A stretch of 64,000 bases of DNA from the human T2T-CHM13v2.0 reference genome, Homo sapiens: assembly GCF_009914755.1 (NCBI RefSeq), contig NC_060934.1; one strand, 5' to 3'. Below, in pieces: positions 54,021-64,000 of the stretch. A program made the translations under genes and the position numbers. Position 1 is the stretch's first letter. Each line of letters opens with the position of its first letter. A model generated the notes under the pieces. The model was not told where the DNA came from, made no database searches, and was given only the letters and a program-made list of their open reading frames with translations.

Positions 54021-57000
54021 CTTGTGTATATACATAGTCATACACACAAGTAAAATAGGATTTACTAAATACCATGAGGCTTATATTCTTTCAAACTATT
54101 TTAAAATATACGATTTCTTAAAACTTCAGTGTTCTCTAAAGCAACTGATACTAAATGACAATCTGAAGCCTATTTTACAAAATAGTAAAACAATAGTATG
54201 AATCGTTTGATATGTAAAAATATATGTCAAAAGACAGAAATTAATAGAAGGCGAAGCAGTCTTCTTTTACCACAGGAGAACTTAGAAAATACTAAAACAT
54301 ACCACTGAGGAGTTCTTCAATTGAGCTACCAGAGAGAATCATATATTTGGATTTGTGTTCTGGAGTACTAAAACCAATGCTAAAAAACCAGAGTAACTCT
54401 TTAGCTTAAATAGGAAAATAATTTTGGTGAAACCAGTCTGTTGATTAGAATTAGCTACCTACTACATATGAGGTCTATGGGCACTGGGTGATTCATGGCT
54501 TAAACTGTCCAATTCAACAAATATTTACTGAGTATTGTGCTGGGAATCACTGGATACAAAGATGAATAAGGTATGTATGGTTCCTGGCCTCACGGCATTT
54601 GTAATTTAGATGGCAGTCAGAATGAGCATAAGCAGAATGAGAAGATGATTATTGAAGAGCTTGTTACTATGTATTTGATACTTTCTAATAATACAATTAA
54701 CTAAAATTGGAGCATGGGAGGAAGATAGGAAAGCTTTACAAGGGGATGTGGCAGCTGACATGCAGGCTGAGGGCATAGCTGCACAAGGACACAGGGCAAA
54801 AAAAAAAAACAAATGTAAATCACTATATGAGGGGAATGGTAAACAGATTCATTGTGCTTGCCTGCAGTGTAGAGTAGGTGGAGGCTTACAGTTGGTGATG
54901 AGGTGGTCTGAGGTCTAGGGAATTTTTACTCAATTTCCCTCTGAAGGTTCTGGGAAAGATTCAAGTAACACCTGGACCTATGTTTTAGGAAGATAATTCA
55001 GGCTAGAGTTTAAAGAATAAATGGAAAACTGTAAAACTAAAAGTAAAAATGCTGGTTAGGTGAGTACTAAATAGTTTATACAGGCACTACTAGGGCCTCA
55101 AACAGGAAAGTGGTAAAGTAAAGGAAAGAGAAGAAACTCGGTAAAGAAATAAAATGGACTGTACTTGAGAACTAAGAGACTGGCTGAGTGCCTAAAAGTA
55201 TAATGATATTGTGACTACAAATGAGAAACAGACGAGGTTTAAGATTGGCCTAACTTAATTTTTACTGGAATAAGGTACATAACAAAAATAAAAAGATAAG
55301 CTCTATCCAACTTATGTACTACTTGATAATGATGATGAAATACATTCAATGTGTATGTTATTGTTTACTCTTTGAATAAAAGGCCCACATTTTTAACTTG
55401 AAAGGTGTGCACAGAAATAAAGACACTAAACTCAGTATGCCTCTAAATGCCAAAGTCTTTTAGAAAACCAAAGTTTTACTACTTAAAAAAGTTCTTAACA
55501 ATAAAGACCCTCTACAACAGTTGAGAAACCTGTTCCAGTACATGAAAACAAGAATGTGAATGCATCCTTATTTTTAGCCAGTTATTTTCCAAGTCACTTT
55601 AAAGCTACTCATTCAGATTACTCAGCTTCTGAATTATAACTTGATGAAAAGACAGGAATGATAAAGCTCCTCAGAGAGGTTTTGTTGTTGTTGCCATTCA
55701 GCATCATGTAATTTATATGCTACACAAGGAGCTCTGTAGCATTGCAATACAATATTCCCCGATCTCCTGCGGAGACATGGCATGGGTAGGGAGAACAATT
55801 AATAGCAAGAAGCCCTTACGGTATTCTCTAATCTACCGAGGTCTCACATTTCCATCTATAATATATTCCGAGGAAGTGGGGAGGATCTCAACCTTAACTG
55901 TTGTTAAATAATTCCTTGTTGAATTGTATTGTAATGAAAGGTCAGCATTCCTGTGGTGCTAACTAGCAGTAACTTTGTTTAGTTCATGTGTATTAAGAAT
56001 CTCTCAGTTTATCCAAGACTTTAAAGATGGAAAGAACTTCATCAAGAGGGGAATGTGGGGGAAAAAGTGATACTAATTTGAACCAATATTTAAGCATATT
56101 TTAAGATTATTTTTTAAACAGAAAAAAGGTATAGGAGTAAATGCAAATTTAAATATGTTTTGTTTTTGTTTATAAGCTCAAATAACCACTGGGAGAAGGT
56201 GATTTAGAATAAAACATAGTTTGTCTCTTTGAAGATTTTAATTACAAATATGTCCAAATAAAAGGCCATTTAAAAAAGAATCTCAGTTTCATTTAAATAA
56301 TAACTAGACGTAAATCTTATAGTGAGCATTAAGTTATTCAAACAAATCAGTCCATTTTCAGGCAACTGCTTTCTTTAGATTCTGAACCAATATAAGCACC
56401 AAATAAGAATCTAAGAAGAAAAATAAACTATTATCAGTATAAATGAGATGGTATACAAGCTTCTTTCAAAGAAAACTCAGTTTACAATGCTCTTATAAAT
56501 GGGATAAGAACACAAAACACTAACATTAGTGAATGTTAAAGAAGCATTATAAATCAAAAGATTAGGTTAGATATTACTATATTTTAAACACGGGGCTTTT
56601 GTTAACCCCCTTCTCCAAAAATACTTTTTAAAGGTAAAGGCGGTAACAGATTATTAACAAAGATTGAGAAGTGGACCAGAATTACCTGCTTTTAACAGGG
56701 AAAAGACATAGCAAACAGCTAGCTCACGTGCGTGAAACTGTTACATATGAGAGAGAGGCCTTTCTTATCAATCAGTTTTAGATGTCTGCCCCCTCAACCT
56801 AAACAAAGCTGTTGGTGGCAGAAAAACATCTCCATCTGGTCATCAACTGGGGCAGAGCAAGAAGAGCCTTTAAGGAAAAAGAATAAAAATGCCTGGTGAC
56901 AGTCTGTCAAGACTATACCCTGGGAACTTCCTCCACTGTCAACCTACTATCAATGTCTGAACCAAGAGGCTGATGCTGTCCAGATCTTGGGATTTTCTGT

Positions 57001-57223
57001 CAAAGGCTTTTTAGAGAAGCACATATAAGAAACAGAGAGTATACACTGGCAAATCACAACATTACCAAGGCTGTCAAAGTGATCTGTTTGGTGTTTTTCT
57101 TCATTCTGCTATCATGCTTCTTTGCATTAAATCAGTTTAGGAGACAAATAAACAGTTTTTCAAATTTCTTTTGCTGTCAGAAGCTTGACAAGAAAAAGTC
57201 CTAACCATACACAGACACTACTA

Positions 57224-57334
<111 letters not shown>

Positions 57335-57734
57335 TTATTTATTATTTTAATGACAAGTTGTTCACTGCGGACAAAAGTGAAAATATAGGTAACTATTCAA
57401 AAACCGAAACCACCCCAAATCTCGAAAGTCAGAAACAGATGCCTACTGTTAACATTCTTGGTATTGATCCTCCTTTATTCAAACATGTAAATATACATAT
57501 TTAAATTAAAATTGGATAACATAGTTTGAAACCTGATTTTCCTCTAAATAATATGAAAGTTTTTCTTCTTTAAAACAGTTGAAAAACATTACAAAATATT
57601 AAAAAAATTAAGATCTATGAAATTTTGTTATGGCTAGAGTTGGCAATCTGAGGAAAAATGTAGAAAAAATTTGGCAATAAATCATATATGATTCTCTTCT
57701 GGCTTCCATTTTCTATTTTCACTGTTTCATAACC

Positions 57735-57762
57735 GTGTGTGTGTGTGTGTGTGTGTGTGTGT
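57735..57762. repeat. (GT)n microsatellite, ~14 units
   Basis: Direct reading. Confidence 0.95.
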
Positions 57763-59389
57763 CTTGATGAAAATACCTGCGACAGAAATTCTGAACAATG
57801 GTATTTTTCTATTAATAAGGTTAACAGATAAACTTAGTACCTGTAATTTAGAAGGCATAATTATTTTCTTTCCCTTTCAACCATGGCCACTGAGGTATTG
57901 ACTTATGTTATATTAACAACAAATTCCATTGTATCAAAAGTATTTGTTAACATTATTTGCCTTATTAGATATTTTTCCCCTGATCACTTACTGAATAAAA
58001 AATATAAATGAATGAAACAGAGGAGATCCAAAGTTCTAACTCACATAAGAGTGCCCATAATCTTTTTTGGGAGGGAGGAGATGATTATATTTTTAGAAAA
58101 TAGTCTAGGAGGTTAGCTGGAAAAATACTGAGAATTGTTTGATTCCTTCCTGGTTTCAATGAGTTTAAATACATTTCTGGCAAAACTCCAGCCCAACAGG
58201 CTGATAGCTTTAACTCAGAAGGTAATTCTGCACAGGTTCTGTCTAAGAGCCTTATTTGTATTAACTCATTGAATCCTCTCAACAACCCTATTACTATCTC
58301 CTTTTATAGACGGGGAAACAAAGCACAGAACATCTAAGTAAGCTAACCAAGACTAGTGAAATAAAGCAGCAGAGATGTGAAACTAGGTAGACTCACTCAA
58401 GCTCTGAATCAGTATGCTACACTTTTAGAAAAATTACTTTCCCAGTCTCTTGTAGAAAACAGTATCGTAAGTTTGATATATTTTTTTAACTTCCTTTTTT
58501 TGGTCCTACTTTCCTAGCCATTTTATTCAGAGGAAGACCCCTGTAAGCATACTACTAAAAAGATAAAGAAGCATAATCTAAAAATCTCTGGGCTGTCAGT
58601 CAGGACTTCAGAATGGGAATTCCATCTGTTGTCAACTATTCTCCATGACTGAAGCTAGAAACTTTATAGTATAGCTCTTAATAAAATCACGAAATTGCTA
58701 GAAACCTTTTCTTGGTTTTGTTTTGAAGCATTTTCTAACTTCCCAGTAGGTCATCCTCTACACCCCCGCCCCAGGAGTCAGAGACGTAGATGATTCTGGC
58801 TCTCTGTGATTAAGCCTGGCTAAAGTATTTGCTGATAATCAAAGGGTTAACTATAACATGCCACAAACATGGAATTCAGGAAAGCCTCTAAGTTCCTGGA
58901 CCCATTTAGCCCCTTACGCTTGGGAACACCAACAATCCTTATCTTTTCTTCATTCTCCCTCTTTAAGTGAATGCATGTTTCTGGTTCTGTGGAGTCTGGG
59001 AGACTGGTTTTAATTATATTCTCCAACTCACTTATAAAGCAACTAAAACAAAAAAGAGATCAATGAAATAAAAATAAGTCAAATTCTGCCTATCAAAATT
59101 AAGGGGACAATCTTCGTCTCACTTAGAGGCAAAGTTACTGTGTCTCATTGACACAGCAGCCTTGCCAGTCTCTGCATTTTGACCTGTCCCTTCTCTCCCA
59201 CATGGTGGTATACAAATGGGTGTTCTTTCACATTAGTGCCAAATGAATATCAGATGCAAAGTAGAGATCCTGGATGACTTAAAAATAAGCCCTCAGATTG
59301 ATCTATAAAATCTACACCAAAGTAACAGGAACAAAACATATGCATTCCTATTAGAGATTAATAGAAGAGTGAAGAAAAACAATCCTCTG

Positions 59390-59800
59390 CACCATAGAGA
59401 TGACACAGCAGAATGGTACTTTTAATTCCAGGCACTATATTTTAAGAGGGCCCAATGAATGGGAGTATGTTAAGAGCAGAGATAAAGGGTTTAGAATCCA
59501 TATTACATGTGAAATAGAAGAAACGAATCAGTTTAGTATGAACTTGTATGCACTGTTAGAGAGGGAAGTAGGTTAAGAAGCCATTAAGATACATGAAGGA
59601 GGGTCAAATGTTAAAGAAAACTAGAAATTCAGATTTATTTATGTAGCTCCAGAAGGAAGAACCAGGAATGGTGGAGAATGAATGTAGAAAACATTTTTAG
59701 TGAATGAAAGCATGAGATGATAACACAAGCAGCCACCAATGGAACAAACTGATACGAAACAGCGGATCTGCCATCACTGAAGCTATCCAGTCTTCTGTCT
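59390..59800 (+). mobile_element. L3/CR1-like remnant
   Basis: Degenerate tttaagagg...gaatgggagtatgtt...agatacatgaagg pattern. Confidence 0.4.
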
Positions 59801-60252
59801 GTTGCAGGTATTACAGAGCTGATCAAGAGTTTTAGCAGGCGGCCGGGGTTCCTTTCAGATCTAACATGCCATGATGCCAAAATGCTGTACGTGTTCTCAT
59901 CTTTTTCTGGCTCATTTTTTTTTCTCTCTTCAGGTCGCTTAACCTTTTATCTACTTCCCTCTATTAATAATCATCTAAACCACGCACTCAGTCTTCTGAA
60001 GTAAATTTCTTTATCTTTCACTTCACAAATAAACATCTTTGATGGATGAAAACACCGCAGGAAAGCCACCTAAGCAGATATGACTTCTCAAGTTAACGTT
60101 TTTTTAAGTGATTTCCATTCATCACTAATTCCAAACAAAACAATTACAAACTATCATAAAATTATTAGAAAGTGAAAATGGGAGGCATTGGTTAAATATG
60201 TATTTAGTATGCTTCATCATGTCCTCAAACATATTTAAAAAGTTAATCTACA

Positions 60253-60376
60253 CTTCTTTAAGTGTCCTGGGGGACTTGCTTTAGATTAAGAAATATGTTA
60301 ACTATTTCAGGACCCTTCTTTAAGTATATTGGGAGACTTGCTTTAGATTAAGAAATATGTTAACTATTTCAGGACA
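60253..60376. repeat. Tandem duplication, 2 x 62 bp
   Basis: Identical 41-nt core gacttgctttagattaagaaatatgttaactatttcaggac in both copies. Confidence 0.92.
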
Positions 60377-60969
60377 CTAAGGACTTTACAAATCTGAATT
60401 AGCTCATATTGGCTGCTATCTCCTCAATATTTTCTGATAAATAAGAAACAAACAGTAAATAGCAACTTCCACAAAATCTACCAGTAGTACACAAGGGCAG
60501 CCAAACTTCAAAATTCTTGCCACTCGACGAACTCTAGATGGTTACTGTTTACTAAAATGTAAATAATAAAAAGACTTTTCTCAATCTTGTCCTCCAGAAA
60601 GAAAAGCCATAAAGTTCAAACACTAACCAAAAAAAAAAAAAGGGTAAGGAGAAACATTTAAATATTGGTGTTCCTTGTATTAGTGTCTTCACATACAACA
60701 CTTCTCAATTTTAAACAGGACTTTGTTTCAGAAGACAAAACCAAGACAAAATGGTAGAAATCAAAGGGTTATAGACTTTGATTTAAAAGGCATAACCTTT
60801 TCAAACATGAGAGCTATCAATGGATCATTTATGAGAAGAAATTCCCTGGCACTAGGATAAATAGAGGTTGGAAAACCATCTTTCTAGGTGCTATAAAATA
60901 GAATCCTCTCATGGTGCAAGAGTCCTTCTATTTCTAGGGGGTCTAGGATTATTTTTATTATTGTTGTTA

Positions 60970-61071
<102 letters not shown>

Positions 61072-61087
61072 TCAATTTTGAAAAGAT

Positions 61088-61090
<3 letters not shown>

Positions 61091-61133
<43 letters not shown>
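61091..61133. repeat. (CA)n microsatellite, ~21 units
   Basis: Direct reading. Confidence 0.97.
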
Positions 61134-61136
<3 letters not shown>

Positions 61137-63620
61137 GGTAAAAGAATAGGTCTAACATTGGCTATAAAACTAACCAGGAAATACAAAGCCTAGCATTGGA
61201 AAATAACAGAATATTGATTGAAAATAATATCCTTACAGTAGAAACTCCTTCTATAAAATAATAAGACTTCACTAAACGAAACTATACAAATAACAGCACA
61301 ACAGTAGGATTTGAGTGCTGGTATTTTTGGTAAAGTTTTTGAAGCTGAATACACTTTTTTTTAAAAAAAAAAGCATTGAAAAAAAGGATGTATAACTGGT
61401 ACAGCTAATGCAATAAAGACAAAATTGAATTCAAATTTGTAGACTCCTTTACAAAGAAAGGACTTAACCCTACATTCAAAGACTGGAGAATAAATACACA
61501 TTTATGTACTATATGGTAAAGTGAAATGCCACAGATTTAAAAAGGAAATCATTTGCACATCCTCTGGAGTTAGTACAGCTAAGTCTCAGGCTTAAATAGT
61601 GGGCAATCACTCTACTTGTTAGTAGCAGTCGTAGCCAGAGGAGAAATTACTGGTTCTAAGAGTTTACAGAACAAAGATGACATATTTTTCAAGGAGCAAT
61701 AAATCTGGGAGGATCTAAATGAAGTACTATTAATGTAGTCAATAATTTTAGAGGATGAGATCCTTTTCTAGTCAGATTTATTTATTTATTTTTTAAAGCT
61801 AGTAGCAAAAGAAACTAATAAATCAGCTGGCCAGAAGTAATTTGTCTGATTCAAATCAAAGAACAAACTAAAAAGGCCATGCCATTTCTGTTTTCTTGAA
61901 TACAAAAAAGCTCTTAAGGAAAGAGAGAGATGTCAGGAACTATTAGTGATGACAGTGTATAACCCAGTGAAAGCCTGGCCATCATTTCATTCCTGTGCAC
62001 AATTCCACATTTCCTTGTTCTCAGTCAAAAGCAGGAAACACTCAAAAACCATATGGAGCAGTTGCAGTAGAAAACAAATTTTTTTGTTAAGATGGGTCTT
62101 ACGTCTTTTAGATACCTAACTTTAAGATAAATGGATAACATATTTAAAACTCACAAGTAAGTGGTCAAACAACTCAAACACTAGTGAAGCAATTCCATGA
62201 ATATAATAGAAAACATCTCTCTTGTCATTCGGTAACTTAGCAGAGAAGAACATCAAATGTCCTTAATATATACTAAGAGATGCTAAAAGAAATTCATAAA
62301 CACTGCTGGCAAAGCAAGAAAAGGCAGAAGAACATGGTTTCTTAGATTAACAAAAATGCCTTGAGAGCACGTCTGTTAGCATTTTTTCGTAACAAGGCAA
62401 CTTTCATCTCAGAATAGGATACTTTGATTAATCAAATACTTCCCATCATAAAATCACAATATATACTATATACAGGTCATAAATTTTCAAAAACCTCATC
62501 TATAAGACACTTTATCTAAAACTATATAGAAAGTAATTTAATTCAGAAGGCTTTTTAAAATACTTCAGTCTCAAGATCTTCATCAGATATAAAATACACA
62601 TGTTTAACAACACTGAAAAGTTGGTCCTGATGGAATTCTAGTTTATCAATTCTAAAAGGCATGTTTTTTCACGTTACATTTCCGAAACTGGAACACATCT
62701 TTTATAATGGAGGTATCTTACCATAGGTCTAGACTAGAGGTGAATTTTCCCAGAGAAGATGTGCATCTGCTTCTGCTGTCGTCTGGGAACACTATCAGCC
62801 TGATACCATCTGAATTAATCCTTTGTGGCAGGCCTTTGTGGACCACACTGGTGGTAAGGCTGCACACTCAAAGCTTAGGGCTTGTGGTTCAAATTCTCAG
62901 AGAAATGTTTTTTTCCTTTCTCTATTTAGTGTCAAGGTTGAGACTTGCACGTTTCTTTATGGTCCCTTTCCTGGAAGGTCAAGTTAATTTCTCATTTATC
63001 CTTAGGTGTACCAGCCTTGTGGGTCATGTCTCCTACTAAACTCCCTGTCCTGAGTGTTTTTTCCTTCTTAGAGGTATATAATATAAGAGCATTTTTAAAA
63101 AGTCATCTATGACATCTCAGATTCGATGAAATACGGTACCTTAAATAAGCTTCTGAAGTCTATTGAGTAGGCTCCAGAACTTCTACACAACCACTCATTA
63201 TACTGCAACCTCTTTTATTCTCTTTAGTATTTCCTCTTCAAACCATTAGCTTTACACACTGAAGACCAAGAGCAATGTTGTACTGTATTTCTACAAAGAA
63301 CTTAATTAACATGTACAGTGAAAAAGTCAGAAAATAAAATGTCTAGTTATAATTTATTTCTTCAAATTCCCAATACTTATAATGGCATATACATTTCCAG
63401 CTGAAAAAACAAACTTTAAGCTTTTTCCTCAAAGTATCTGAAATCCTAAAATTTAGAAAGCCAAGTTAGTTTTTAGAGAAGACATACATGATTTGACTCC
63501 CAGGACAAAAAAGTAAACTCTGTACTACTTCGTTATAATAATTCTACTTAAAATGGCAACTCAAAGTACTGTAAAAACAAAACAAAAAAAACCAATAGTA
63601 ATAATTCTAATTAGACCTAG

Positions 63621-63935
<315 letters not shown>

Positions 63936-64000
63936 CTTACGTAGTCATCTTTTTAACAAGTCATTACAAATTCTAATTTGATTTTGTGTCTCATAGGTCC

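Noticed and set aside
55700-55915. SNORA74/U19-like H/ACA snoRNA
   Set aside because: The size fits, but there is no similarity to the U19 sequence I recall and no convincing hairpin-H-hairpin-ACA layout
62707-63039. RPL35A-type processed pseudogene (same 110-codon length; I recall one annotated near PARG)
   Set aside because: I can see no RPL35A nucleotide or peptide similarity on either strand, so it cannot be called from this sequence

Overview
Human (primate) genomic DNA, AT-rich and dense in repeats. The minus strand carries the 3' part of PARG (poly(ADP-ribose) glycohydrolase): eight coding exons (exons 11-18 by my recalled numbering) from 61031 down to the TGA at 14987-14989, then a ~1.06 kb 3'UTR ending near 13925. 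The exons splice into one uninterrupted frame that matches my recollection of the PARG C-terminal macrodomain: the GGG-x7-QEE catalytic loop, the Y795 clasp and the [10 protein letters not shown] loop. Positions 1-12600 lie downstream of the gene and hold nested old L1 elements, many Alus and a full-length RPL21 processed pseudogene. Almost all ORFs in the supplied track come from Alu or L1 or are chance ORFs. I see no clear new multi-gene system. The best leads are RNA-level controls on PARG: (1) a non-canonical GC donor on exon 15; (2) candidate poison exons in introns 12 and 15, the second also opening an ATG-led frame into exons 16-18; (3) an Alu-flanked, 285-nt, stop-free exon 11-13 block that could form a circle holding the catalytic loop; (4) a (UG)n tract just before exon 11; (5) three Pumilio elements and three AATAAA signals in the 3'UTR. 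Three intronic segments (~51.2-51.8 kb, ~55.7-55.9 kb, ~62.7-63.1 kb) match nothing I recognise and should be compared with the reference genome. Repeat boundaries and subfamily names are by eye and approximate.
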